Assembly: GCA_963822585.1 (NCBI GenBank)
Contig: CAWGIE010000019.1
Span: 416,001-480,000, forward strand
Length of the DNA stretch: 64,000 bases
Source: an uncultured bacterium
Lineage (GTDB): Bacteria; Auribacterota; Erginobacteria; Erginobacterales; Erginobacteraceae
Reading direction: 5' to 3'
Shown here in pieces: positions 20,343 through 29,852 of this stretch. Position 1 is the first letter of the stretch. Every line of letters begins with the position of its first letter. Position numbers and translations under genes: made by a program. The notes beneath the pieces are model-generated. The model did not search any database and had not been told where the DNA came from. It saw only the letters and a program-made list of their open reading frames with translations.

Positions 20343-21947
20343 TTAGCCGGGCATTCTCTTTTCGGCCTCCTTGAAACAGAACGGGTCTCTATCCGTGAAG
20401 ATATCGAGACCGAAGCCGCGGGTGATGGCCATGCAGCCGCCGCAGACGGTCCGCAGAGAGCAGTCCCGGCAGGCCGCCGGCCCCTGGCGATACCGCCGGG
20501 CCGGCGCCGAATCGTAAACCCCGGCAATACCGTCTTTCAAAACATTCCCGATCGGAGACGGAAACTTGCGACAGGCATGGGCCTCGCCGTCGGGAAGAAT
20601 GGTGATGAAATTGAAGGCGGCACCGCAGCCGTATCCGGAGCAGCCGTCGAAGAGTTTCAGGCCCCTTCTATTCAGGACAATGTTGATCAGGTTGTCCTTG
20701 TAACCGAGGGGGGCGATCGCCCGGCATGCATCCACGTATTTCTCCAGGAAATCGATATATTCCTGTTTTGACGGAAGCGGGAGATCCGCCCCCTCGCCCA
20801 CCGGGGAGAGGCGGTTAAAGGTAAAGTGGTCGGTCTTCTTCTCCAGCATCTTCGCCAGGGGGAGGACCTGGCCGATATTGTCCTTCGTCAGGGTGAGCAT
20901 GACCGCCGAAGAAATCCCCAGTTCCCTCAGGAGTTTCAGGAATTCGATCACCCTCCCAAAGTGGCCGGCTTCGCGCATCACGTCGTTGTGTTCCCGCAGG
21001 CCCTCCAGACTCACCTGGAAATATCCCGGGGGCTGGATAGCGATCAGCTTCTCCATTTGCTCCCGGGGAGTGGGGTTCCCCAGGATGGAAGTTGAAAACC
21101 CCCTATCCGCGGCCCCCTGGTAGAGTTCGAAAAAGCGGGGATACAGGAACGGATTTCCCCCGGTGAAACAAACGTGGCCCCTGACGTTGCGATCCCGGCA
21201 AAAACCGCCCAGAGCATCGAGAATCTCAAGACCCTGTTTCAGTGTTAGGGGAGACCGCCGACTCCGGTCATAACAGTGCCGGCAGTGGAGATCGCAGGCA
21301 TTGGTGATGTGCCACTGAACGGTAAACGTCTTAACCGCCTGGCGCCGTCCCTGGTCGGGCGACCCGGGAAATTGCCGGCGGAGCCGGGTGGGGGGGGCAA
21401 GGAGTATCCCTTGATCCGCGGCCTGGTAGAGGGACCGCTCTATCCTTCCGGCGGGGACGCCGCCGGCGGCGGCGGCTTCTTCACGGGTAATATCTTCGGC
21501 AAGCATCTTGACGGCAAGCAACTCCGCCTTTGAGGCGGCCTTGACATTCGTCTTGCCGGATCCGAACGGGCGCCAGACCAGGACCCATTCTTCGCCTGGG
21601 ACGGGCGTCGGGGATGTTTGATCTTCCACCCGGTTCAGGAGGGGAGTGAGCTTCCAGTTGAGATGGATTACCTCCAGTGTCGGGTTGAGCTCCAGCCGTT
21701 TCACTTCCCGGGCGAAGACGACCCCGGCTGCCGACACTTCATGGCGGGTCCATTCCAGGAGGGCAAGATCGGGAAGAAAATCGGGAAACCCGGTGGAGCC
21801 GGCCCGCTCCGCGATTAGACGGGGAAGATCTGCCGGCCGAATTTTCGATCCGGCATCCGAAAGAAGGCTCCTCCAGGCCGTCCCGCTCAGAAAGGACCGG
21901 CAGAGAGGATATATCTTCTCCAGGATTTTCATATTGCTCCCCGCCAT
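20343..21947 (-). CDS. sbtM: Radical SAM/SPASM RiPP maturase of the selenobiotic / thio(seleno)oxazole family
   Basis: N-terminal extension (FLPDLALLEW), QWHITNACDLHCRHCYDRS, FQVSLEG, and SPASM GCSGYGCGAAFNF...HACRKF...CRDC...CGGC; follows an SCG-rich peptide gene. Confidence 0.88.
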   Translation of the reverse strand: MAGSNMKILEKIYPLCRSFLSGTAWRSLLSDAGSKIRPADLPRLIAERAGSTGFPDFLPDLALLEWTRHEVSAAGVVFAREVKRLELNPTLEVIHLNWKLTPLLNRVEDQTSPTPVPGEEWVLVWRPFGSGKTNVKAASKAELLAVKMLAEDITREEAAAAGGVPAGRIERSLYQAADQGILLAPPTRLRRQFPGSPDQGRRQAVKTFTVQWHITNACDLHCRHCYDRSRRSPLTLKQGLEILDALGGFCRDRNVRGHVCFTGGNPFLYPRFFELYQGAADRGFSTSILGNPTPREQMEKLIAIQPPGYFQVSLEGLREHNDVMREAGHFGRVIEFLKLLRELGISSAVMLTLTKDNIGQVLPLAKMLEKKTDHFTFNRLSPVGEGADLPLPSKQEYIDFLEKYVDACRAIAPLGYKDNLINIVLNRRGLKLFDGCSGYGCGAAFNFITILPDGEAHACRKFPSPIGNVLKDGIAGVYDSAPARRYRQGPAACRDCSLRTVCGGCMAITRGFGLDIFTDRDPFCFKEAEKRMPG

Positions 21948-21974
21948 CCGAAGCTCCTATTCCCGTGTTTCATT

Positions 21975-22012
21975 ATACACCACGTTATACACCATACACC
22001 ACGTTATACACC
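21975..22012. repeat. Exact 19-bp tandem duplication upstream of sbtM
   Basis: ATACACCACGTTATACACC x2. Confidence 0.85.
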
Positions 22013-22036
22013 TGACGGCATTATTTGTATAAAACC

Positions 22037-22075
22037 AAAAAAACAGCCCCGCACGCAAACTGCGTGCGGGGCTGT
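22037..22075 (-). terminator. Intrinsic terminator between the precursor and maturase genes
   Basis: ACAGCCCCGCACGCA-AAC-TGCGTGCGGGGCTGT followed by a U7 tract on the minus strand. Confidence 0.85.
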
Positions 22076-22115
22076 CTCTGGATAAACTGCTTTTTCGGGA
22101 CTCCGTGAGTGAGCG

Positions 22116-22292
22116 TTACTTGCTGCAGGAACCTTTTCCGCATGAAGTCTGGGTTGTTTCATCGCCTTTCGAATTGCAGGAACTTTTCCCGCAGCTCGAG
22201 CTCTTGCAGCCGGAACTCATGAGGCCCGCGCCCACTACCAACCCGGCCAGGCTGACACCGGTCAGAGTTCTCTTAATCTTCTTTTTATCCAT
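22116..22292 (-). CDS. sbtA: SbtA-family RiPP precursor peptide, 58 aa (absent from the ORF track)
   Basis: Hand translation MDKKKIKRTLTGVSLAGLVVGAGLMSSGCKSSSCGKSSCNSKGDETTQTSCGKGSCSK*; SD AAAGGAGGT; directly upstream of sbtM. Confidence 0.88.
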   Translation of the reverse strand: MDKKKIKRTLTGVSLAGLVVGAGLMSSGCKSSSCGKSSCNSKGDETTQTSCGKGSCSK

Positions 22293-22471
22293 TGACTTAC
22301 CTCCTTTGTCCGGACTTTCTATTACCTTTTTTCCTAAAAACCATATTGATCTTATAGCAGCGGTTACGCCTTGTAAATCCCCCTCTGAGGGGGATTTTCA
22401 GGCCCCGGGATTCTCACTCAAAATAATGAAAAACGGACCGGGATCGGCTACGTGAAAGAAGGGCGCCGCGC

Positions 22472-23764
22472 TCAGGTTACCAGCTGCCCGGTTCCGTCGA
22501 CCACGAATTTATAGCTGCACAGCTCCCGGATCCCGATCGGACCCCGGGCGTGAAGCTTCTGGGTGGAAATTCCCATCTCGGCCCCCATCCCGAAGCGGGC
22601 GCCGTCGGTAAAACGGGTGCTGGCATTCCAGAAGACGGCGGCGGCGTCCACCCCCGCCTGGAAAACGCGGGCCGCGGCCTCATCTCCAGTGACGATGGCC
22701 TCACTGTGGCCGCTCCCGTGACGGTTGATGTGCTCAATGGCGGCCGGGAGCGAGTCGACAACCGCCGCGGCCATAATCAGGGCCAGAAACTCGGTATCCC
22801 AGTCGGCGGGGACGGCGGCCCGGGGCGGAGGATCAAGGTCGGGAGGCGCCAGGGCCAGGGACCGCTCATCCAGGCGGAGCTCGACCCCCCGGGCGGCAAG
22901 AGCCCGCAGCAGCCGGGGCAGCAGGGCCGGCGCGACCGAGGTATGGATCAAAAGCGTCTCGGCGGCATTGCAGACGGCGGGGTACTGGGTCTTGGCGTTG
23001 ACAACGATAGCCTCCGCCATGTCGGGGTCGGCGGCCGCGTCCACGTAGACATGACAGTTCCCGGCAGCGGCGAAAAGGAGCGGGACGGTGGCGACTTTCA
23101 GGAGGGCTTCTTTCAGCCCCTCGCCGCCCCGGGGTATCAGGAGATCGATATACCGGTCCTGCGAGGCGAGATCGGCCAGGGCCTCATGCCCCCCTCCCGA
23201 CGCCAGTAGGAGAGCCCCTTCCGGCAGGCCGGAACGCTTCAGAGCAGCCGATGCGGTGGTGGTGATCGCCTCGTCGGAACGACGGGCAATCGACGAGCCG
23301 CGCAGGATGACGGCGTTCCCGGCCTTGAGGGCCAGGCAGGAGGCGTCCGCCCCCACTTCCGGCCGGGCTTCATATACAATCGCCACCACCCCCAGGGGCA
23401 CTCGAACCCGGCGAATCAGAAGTCCGTTCGGCCGGACTGTCCGCTCGATCTCCTCCCCGACCGGATCGGGGAGTCCGGCCACGTCGCGAATACCCCGGAC
23501 TGTTCGCGCCAGTTTCGCCTCATCGAACCGGAGCCGGTCAATCAGCTGGGGGGCGATCTTCTTCTTCCCGGCGTCGGCCACGTCGGCGGTATTGGCCTCC
23601 AGGATCCTGGGCGCGGCGGCGGCCAGGGCATCCGCCATCGCCCGAAGGGCGGCATTTTTGGTCTCCGTGTCAAGAATCGCCATCCGGTGGGAGGCCTGCT
23701 TCGCGGACCGGCAGATCACCTCCATCCATGATATATTCTCCATCTTTTCCGACTTTTGACTCAT
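22472..23764 (-). CDS. proA: Gamma-glutamyl phosphate reductase (start uncertain, 23743-23785)
   Basis: RVPLGVVAIVYEARP, LIPRGG, GNCHVYVD, CNAAETLL, NASTRFTDG and ISTQKLHARGP. Confidence 0.96.
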   Translation of the reverse strand: MSQKSEKMENISWMEVICRSAKQASHRMAILDTETKNAALRAMADALAAAAPRILEANTADVADAGKKKIAPQLIDRLRFDEAKLARTVRGIRDVAGLPDPVGEEIERTVRPNGLLIRRVRVPLGVVAIVYEARPEVGADASCLALKAGNAVILRGSSIARRSDEAITTTASAALKRSGLPEGALLLASGGGHEALADLASQDRYIDLLIPRGGEGLKEALLKVATVPLLFAAAGNCHVYVDAAADPDMAEAIVVNAKTQYPAVCNAAETLLIHTSVAPALLPRLLRALAARGVELRLDERSLALAPPDLDPPPRAAVPADWDTEFLALIMAAAVVDSLPAAIEHINRHGSGHSEAIVTGDEAAARVFQAGVDAAAVFWNASTRFTDGARFGMGAEMGISTQKLHARGPIGIRELCSYKFVVDGTGQLVT

Positions 23765-24127
23765 GCCTGAAAAACCTTTTAGCATCGTCCGAGATATGTC
23801 CTTTTAAAGATGGATTATAACTCTCCGCCCCTCTCGTTCAAGAGAATAAGATCGATTTATCCCTTTTTAAAAAGAGTGAGCCCGTCCCTGGACGGACGGG
23901 CTCCGGTTGAGATCACTTGTTCGACTGATTATTCTTCCGGCACCCATTCCGACCACGCCGTGAGCAGAAGGGTACCATCACCTTTTTTACCCGGTCGCAG
24001 ACCGGGAAGTTGGCCTTGAGGTCATCGTCTCTAATCGACAATCTTCTCTGAGTAAATATTTTAGTTTCAAACCGGGACCGGTGGTGATCCAGGCACTGAT
24101 TAACGATCACTGATTACTTCTTCCCCC

Positions 24128-24850
24128 TTACCTCGTCACCGGCATATCCCCGCTGGAACCGTAATAAGCGCGCGTTAAACTCTTGACAGCCCAGAGACCG
24201 GAGGAGTTTCGGAAGATGCCGATCCCGTCGGCGCCGGACCCATCGTAATCGGCGGGGACCGGCTTGTCCCCGGAGCCGCCGAAGTACGTCCGGGAGACGC
24301 TCCGTATAGCCCAGAGTCCGGAAGACGACCGGAAAATACCCGGCGCCCAGAACCCGAAACCGTCATAGTCGCCGGGCGTCGCTTCATCGCCGTCGGCCCC
24401 GAAATAGAGGCGGCTGACGCGCCGCAGCGCCCAGAGACCGGAACTCCCCCGGAAAATCCCGATCTCCCTGGTCCCGTCCCCGTCATAGTCCCCGTGAACA
24501 GGTTGATCGCCCGATACCCCGAAGTAGACCCTGGTCTCCCCCTGGATTGCCCAGAGGCCCGTGGCCGGGCGGAAGATACCGGGGACGCAGGAACCGTCGC
24601 CGGTGAAGTCGCCGGGAACGGGCACGTCATGGATAGTGCCGAAATAGTCACGGGTCATCCCCCGAACCGCCCAGAGTCCGGTGAGGGGACGGAAGATCCC
24701 GATCTCGGTGGTGCCGTTACCGCCGTAATCGCCGGGAGCCGGCACATCCCCGGCCCTTCCGAAGTATGCCCGGGTGAGACCCCGGATTGCCCAGAGGCCC
24801 GCGTCGTCCCGGAAGATCGCGACGTCGTCGGTCCCGTCGCCGTCGTAGTC
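24128..24850 (-). repeat. Shared C-terminal domain, copy 2
   Basis: DYDGDGTDDVAIFRDDAGLWAIRGLTRAYFG... x6, ends DMPVTR. Confidence 0.92.
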
Positions 24851-27800
24851 GCCGGAATCGATGACCGGAGGCGCGGGCGAGGTAGGCGATGGAGCAGGGG
24901 TCGCGGTTGACGACGGTATCGACGCCGGGGTGACTGAAGGTGACGGCGACGGAGGAGGAATCACGGATGGAGTGGCTGTTGCCGTCGGAATAGGGGTAGG
25001 GGATACGGAGGGTGTCGGGGTCGCCGTCGGGCCGGTGAAATAATACTGCCAGTTGAAAGAACTGACGAAAGAGGCGGTACTCGCTCCGCCGGAGCTGGAC
25101 TGGTAGGGATTTCTGGTGGGGAAATCGGAAGAAGCGGTTTTCCCGGCCAGATAGATCCGGGAGCCGGGGTCAAGGGTGACCGAATTGGCGGCATCGTTCT
25201 CGCTCCCGCCCCAATATGTCGAATAGATCAATGAACCGTCCGCGGCGTCAAATCCGGTCAAATACGCGTCCAGACCTTCGCCGTTCCGGGTCGACTGGTA
25301 TGGATGACGGGTGGGAAAGTTATCGGATACGGTGTAACCGGTGACACAGACAACGTCTCCCGAACCGACGGCAATGCCGTACGCCACATCCTGATCGTCA
25401 CCGCCGAGATAGGTAGAAAAGACAACAGCGGAACCGGTGGAGGAAAATTTTGCGACGAAGGCGTCCACGTCGCCGCCGCCGAAGCTCGGCTGATAAGCGG
25501 CGGTGGTGGGGAAGGCTTCGGAGGCCGTGTAGCCATCGACGAAAATACACCCGTCGGAGGCGACGGCGAGCCGGTTGCAGCCGTCCCCATATTCCCCGCC
25601 CAGATAGGTGGAGAAGACGAGCGAGGAGCCGGTGGAGGAGAGCGCGCAGACGAAGGCGTCCGAACTGCCGCCGCCAAACTCATCCTGAAAAGAACCCGCG
25701 ACCGGGAAATCATAGGAATCGGTCACACCCCCGAGGCAGATGGTCCCGGACGGATTGAGGGCGATACCGAGGGCATAGTCGTCGTTGGCGCCGCCCAGGA
25801 AGGTCGAAAAGAGAAGGAAAGAGCCGGTCGATGAAAAACGGGTCACGAAGATGTCGTCGGCGGAGCCGGCTTTGCCCGCCTGGTAAGGATTCACGGTGGG
25901 AAAATTATAGGAATCCACGTCGCCCGTGACGTAAAGGCACCCGCCGCTGTCGATGGCGAGCGCGTACGCCGCGTCATTGTAGGTGCCGCCCAGATAAGTC
26001 GAGTAGATCAGTGACGAACCGGAGGAGTCAAGTTTAGCCACAAACCCGTCGTAGTTATAGGCGAGCGACGCCTGGTACGGATTCGCGGTCGGAAAATCCT
26101 CCGATTTCGTCTTCCCGCTGACATGGGCGCATCCGTTTCCGTCCACCGCGATACCGTATCCATAATCATAAGTCGATCCTCCGAGATAGGTTGAAAAGAT
26201 GAGCGACGAGCCGAGGGATGACAACTTGGCAATAAAAATGTCGTAACTGCCGGCGCGCGCCGGCTGATAGGGGTTCACGGTCGGAAAATTGTTCGCCAGG
26301 CTGTAACCGATAACATAGGCGGACCCGGAATCGTCGGCGACGATCCCCATGGCAATACCCGTGGAACTACCTCCCAGGTACGTCGAGTATTCGAGGTCCA
26401 GGGCACAGATCAGAAAATTCGGTGTGGGCGTGGGGGTGAGATAACCGTTGGGCGTCGCGGTGGGAGTGGGCGTCACGGTGGGAGTGGGCGTCGCCCCGCA
26501 AAAAACACAAACGTCATCGAGGCAAACGCCGTACCCCTGATTGCCCCGGGCCTGGAAACAGACATAATAATCGCTGCCCGGGTCGGGAAGATCCAGAACA
26601 CGTTTCGTCCATGTGCTGACGGATGTGTCGTAGGTTGTCAATTCATTCCACGAACCGCCGGACGAGGTCCGGTAGAGGACCGTCAGGGCGTCGATATCCC
26701 CTGCCCACTCCGCCTGGGCGTACCAGAACGAGATTCTCGGTGTTTCGACACAGCTTCCGAGATCGAGCGGGGGAGAAATAAGACGCGTCTCCCCGCCGTA
26801 GCGCTCGAAAAAGAAGGCGAGATAGCTTCCCCCATGGGCGGCGGGAGGATGGCCGTTGGCCCCGGAAACGCTCGGGACCCATTCCTGGAGCCCGGAGACG
26901 TATTCGCTCCTCCATCCCATGGGCGCCCCGTTCAGCCAGACCCCATCGAAATCCTCGGAAAAGGGAAGTGATTCCGGCGGGGGTGACGGCGTGGATGCCG
27001 CCGTCGGGGCCGGGGCGGGCGTGGGTACGCCTTCCCGGTAACATACTTCCAGGCTGACATCGTCAACATACCAGAAGGTATCGTCCCGGCTGTCGCCGTC
27101 GGCCCGGAACTGAACCCGGATCGTTGTTCCCGCATAGTCATCGGGGAGCCAGAAACTTGAATCCGTCCAGACGCTTTCGTAGTCGGCGTCAGTATTGCAG
27201 AGAGACTGCAGCGTGGTCAGGATGCCGCCGCTCCCGTCGCGGATTTCGAGGTCGAAGAAATCATGGCGGTAGGTCTCGTCGGTTTCCATCCTCACCGCGT
27301 AGCTGAGCCGCGCGGCCAGCGCCTCCTCCGGGATAGTGATTGCCTGGTAGAAATAGCCGTCTTCGGTTCCTCCGAGCCGGGCTGCGTGGTCGCCCGAATA
27401 GGCGTAATCCGTGCTCACCGCGAATGATCCGTAGGTCTCCCAGGCGCTATCGCCGCTTTCAAAATCTCCGTTGGCAAGCAGTTCAAAACAGTGTCCCGGC
27501 GTCGGCGTCGGCGGGGGAGACGCCGCCGGCGCCGGCGTCGGCGTCATCGCCACGGCGCCGGCACCCGGGAAAACGAGTGAATAGGTCTGGGGGGCTTCGG
27601 GGAGGGTGGAGGCGATGACCCGAACTGTCCAGTCCCCGGCGGCGGGATTCTCGACCAGGACCTGCTCCTGGTTGTTAAGGCTGTCGACGCCGGTCGCGGC
27701 AACGTTTTCCGGTGCCCCGGGGTCGAGAACCCAGGGATAATAGACGGTGGCGTCAGGGGCGATAAGCTCGATGTCCAGATCATTGACCAGTTTAGTGAGC

Positions 27801-29551
27801 GCGGCGAGGCTCCCCGGCGGGTCGTCCCAGGCGAGGCTGGCCTTGAGCTCGGCGGTTCCCTCCCCGACCGTGACCGTATAGTCATGGACCTCGCTCTGGG
27901 CGGTGAAGCAGAATTCTCCCAGCTCCCCGGCGATGATCGCGTCCACCGCCGCCTGGCCGTCAATCCGTCCATAGCCAAATTGAAAGTCGGGGCCGCTGTT
28001 TCCGAGGTCTTCAGCGGTGTGGATAAGAAGGGCCTTTGCCGACGAGGGAAGAAACTCGACGTCGGTCGAGCCGGCAAAATAAGTGTCGCGATACTGCTGG
28101 AGCATGAGGGCGATGACGCCGGCGGTGGTGGGGGACGCCATCGAGGTTCCACTCATCTCGACGTAGCTGTTGTAAGCGTTGCAGGAGGTGACTGCGACAC
28201 CGGGAGCGCAGACCACCGGTTTCAGGCGTCCGTCATCGGTCGGCCCCCAGCTGGAGAATGACGACATCGAGTCATCGACGGCGTCGGTCGCCCCGGACTG
28301 GATGGGGTTCTTGGCGCCGGCCGGGGGCGCGGTGGTACAATATGAACTCCCGCAGGGACCGCCACGCTCGTTACCGGCGGCCCAGGCGGCGATGAAGGGC
28401 TTTCCCGAATCGCCCCGGACGATCGCGTCGAGCAAAAGCGAGGTAAGGCCGTAGTTCCCCTCGTAAGAGCAGGGAAAGCCGTTCGAGGCGGTGTTGGTGC
28501 CGATGGACGCGTTGAAGAGATCGGCATGCGGCTCCCACTCCACCCGGGCGTAGTAGAGGTCGTCCTCGATGTCGCCGGGATTGGTGTAGAGGAAGACGCC
28601 GGTGTCATCGTCTTCGAAACTCATGGAGAGAAGGTTGGCGGCAGGGGCCATCCCCCGGTACCGGTAGTCGACGGTGCCGGAGCCGCAGATGGTGCCGGCG
28701 ACGTGAGTGGCGTGAGTGGAGGGATATGAACTGTCCCCCCAGACACGGCGGGAATCGAGGTCATCGTGAGGAAAGACGATACCGCCATCGTAGACCAGGA
28801 CATCGACGCCGCTCCCGTCGAGGTCGTACGGCGGATTCTGAAGCGTGTCGGCTCCCACCCGAGCCCGGTTCTCCGCGTTCACCCCCTTCAGCGGCGGCAG
28901 GGGCTGCTCGACCCATTCCACGATATCCTTATTCGCTAGATCACCGATACGGTCAACGGGGAGCTTTACCACCAGCGTGTTGATGATCTCCGCCCGGTCG
29001 ATAATCTCGCCGCCGACGGCGGTAACGACGCCCTCCTCGTCTTCTAACTCCACGTCGCCAAAAAAACGGACAAGAATGACAGCCTGCCCGCTCGCGGAAT
29101 CATACGACCAGTGGCCCAGTCTGTTCTCCCGAATTCCCGCGGAGAGCTTGTCGGCTGCTTGCAGATTTCCCAGCCAGCGTACGTTTTGGTCAGCGGAGAC
29201 TTCATTCGTCCGGGCCGCGGGGATCGAGGCCAGCCAGGCCCGGTCGGGGATATAGGTCAGGAGCCTTATTCCCCGGCGTTCCAGACGTTGACGTTCTTCC
29301 CGCGTGGGTATCTGGTTAAGTTGAATCAGGGCGTGAAGACGGCTCTGGCCGGCCTTGGCCAGCTTCCGGCTCTGTTCGGAGAATGCCTCGGCGGCAGAAC
29401 GGCTCAGACCCGGCGCGGGCGTGAAGCGGCGGGAATGGAGGCCGATTTCATAGGGAACCGCCGCCCGTGGACCGGCTGACTGCGCCGGATTGGGCGTGGT
29501 TGAGACGAGAATGAATAAAGCGACAGACCCGATCAAATTAACACGATTCAT
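24128..29551 (-). CDS. Very large secreted S8 subtilase with CBM-like/adhesin-like domains, an SBBP beta-propeller, P/T linkers and the shared C-terminal domain
   Basis: Catalytic D (VYDGG), H (HATHVAGT), S (GTSMASP), oxyanion AAGNE; LAWDDP...NDLD; NGDFE domain; YSTYLGG repeats; ends PVTR; RBS GGAGG before MNRVN. Confidence 0.9.
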   Translation of the reverse strand: MNRVNLIGSVALFILVSTTPNPAQSAGPRAAVPYEIGLHSRRFTPAPGLSRSAAEAFSEQSRKLAKAGQSRLHALIQLNQIPTREERQRLERRGIRLLTYIPDRAWLASIPAARTNEVSADQNVRWLGNLQAADKLSAGIRENRLGHWSYDSASGQAVILVRFFGDVELEDEEGVVTAVGGEIIDRAEIINTLVVKLPVDRIGDLANKDIVEWVEQPLPPLKGVNAENRARVGADTLQNPPYDLDGSGVDVLVYDGGIVFPHDDLDSRRVWGDSSYPSTHATHVAGTICGSGTVDYRYRGMAPAANLLSMSFEDDDTGVFLYTNPGDIEDDLYYARVEWEPHADLFNASIGTNTASNGFPCSYEGNYGLTSLLLDAIVRGDSGKPFIAAWAAGNERGGPCGSSYCTTAPPAGAKNPIQSGATDAVDDSMSSFSSWGPTDDGRLKPVVCAPGVAVTSCNAYNSYVEMSGTSMASPTTAGVIALMLQQYRDTYFAGSTDVEFLPSSAKALLIHTAEDLGNSGPDFQFGYGRIDGQAAVDAIIAGELGEFCFTAQSEVHDYTVTVGEGTAELKASLAWDDPPGSLAALTKLVNDLDIELIAPDATVYYPWVLDPGAPENVAATGVDSLNNQEQVLVENPAAGDWTVRVIASTLPEAPQTYSLVFPGAGAVAMTPTPAPAASPPPTPTPGHCFELLANGDFESGDSAWETYGSFAVSTDYAYSGDHAARLGGTEDGYFYQAITIPEEALAARLSYAVRMETDETYRHDFFDLEIRDGSGGILTTLQSLCNTDADYESVWTDSSFWLPDDYAGTTIRVQFRADGDSRDDTFWYVDDVSLEVCYREGVPTPAPAPTAASTPSPPPESLPFSEDFDGVWLNGAPMGWRSEYVSGLQEWVPSVSGANGHPPAAHGGSYLAFFFERYGGETRLISPPLDLGSCVETPRISFWYAQAEWAGDIDALTVLYRTSSGGSWNELTTYDTSVSTWTKRVLDLPDPGSDYYVCFQARGNQGYGVCLDDVCVFCGATPTPTVTPTPTATPNGYLTPTPTPNFLICALDLEYSTYLGGSSTGIAMGIVADDSGSAYVIGYSLANNFPTVNPYQPARAGSYDIFIAKLSSLGSSLIFSTYLGGSTYDYGYGIAVDGNGCAHVSGKTKSEDFPTANPYQASLAYNYDGFVAKLDSSGSSLIYSTYLGGTYNDAAYALAIDSGGCLYVTGDVDSYNFPTVNPYQAGKAGSADDIFVTRFSSTGSFLLFSTFLGGANDDYALGIALNPSGTICLGGVTDSYDFPVAGSFQDEFGGGSSDAFVCALSSTGSSLVFSTYLGGEYGDGCNRLAVASDGCIFVDGYTASEAFPTTAAYQPSFGGGDVDAFVAKFSSTGSAVVFSTYLGGDDQDVAYGIAVGSGDVVCVTGYTVSDNFPTRHPYQSTRNGEGLDAYLTGFDAADGSLIYSTYWGGSENDAANSVTLDPGSRIYLAGKTASSDFPTRNPYQSSSGGASTASFVSSFNWQYYFTGPTATPTPSVSPTPIPTATATPSVIPPPSPSPSVTPASIPSSTATPAPSPTSPAPPVIDSGDYDGDGTDDVAIFRDDAGLWAIRGLTRAYFGRAGDVPAPGDYGGNGTTEIGIFRPLTGLWAVRGMTRDYFGTIHDVPVPGDFTGDGSCVPGIFRPATGLWAIQGETRVYFGVSGDQPVHGDYDGDGTREIGIFRGSSGLWALRRVSRLYFGADGDEATPGDYDGFGFWAPGIFRSSSGLWAIRSVSRTYFGGSGDKPVPADYDGSGADGIGIFRNSSGLWAVKSLTRAYYGSSGDMPVTR

Positions 29552-29717
29552 TTCGCTTCTCCTCCCTGTTTGAAGACCCCGATCCGGGGAGGGATCCATG
29601 ATATCCCCCTCTTTTCACGGAGGCGTCCGATATCTTTTCCACAAATATCCGTCAGCCGGGAAGAAATCGTGTCAGCGAAATGTCACCAGAAAGTAAAAAC
29701 TTTTCTCCTTCTTTCCC

Positions 29718-29852
29718 TCACCTTGTCACTGGGACATCGAGGGACATTCCGAAATAAACCCGGCTCACCCCCTTGATCGACCACCGGCCCGTCGAACCGC
29801 GAAAGATACCGATATCATCCATCCCATCTACGTTGCAATCGGCCGGAACCGT
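29718..29852 (-). pseudogene. Orphan, decayed last repeat of the shared C-terminal domain
   Basis: Hand translation TVPADCNVDGMDDIGIFRGSTGRWSIKGVSRVYFGMSLDVPVTR*; no in-frame ATG immediately upstream. Confidence 0.85.

Noticed and set aside
22116..22292. Selenocysteine recoding in the precursor
   Set aside because: There is no in-frame TGA; all five Cys codons are TGC and the stop is TAA.
22105..22455. 116-aa plus-strand ORF over the sbtA region
   Set aside because: It is antisense to the 58-aa precursor, which has the SD, the terminator and the family-like sequence.
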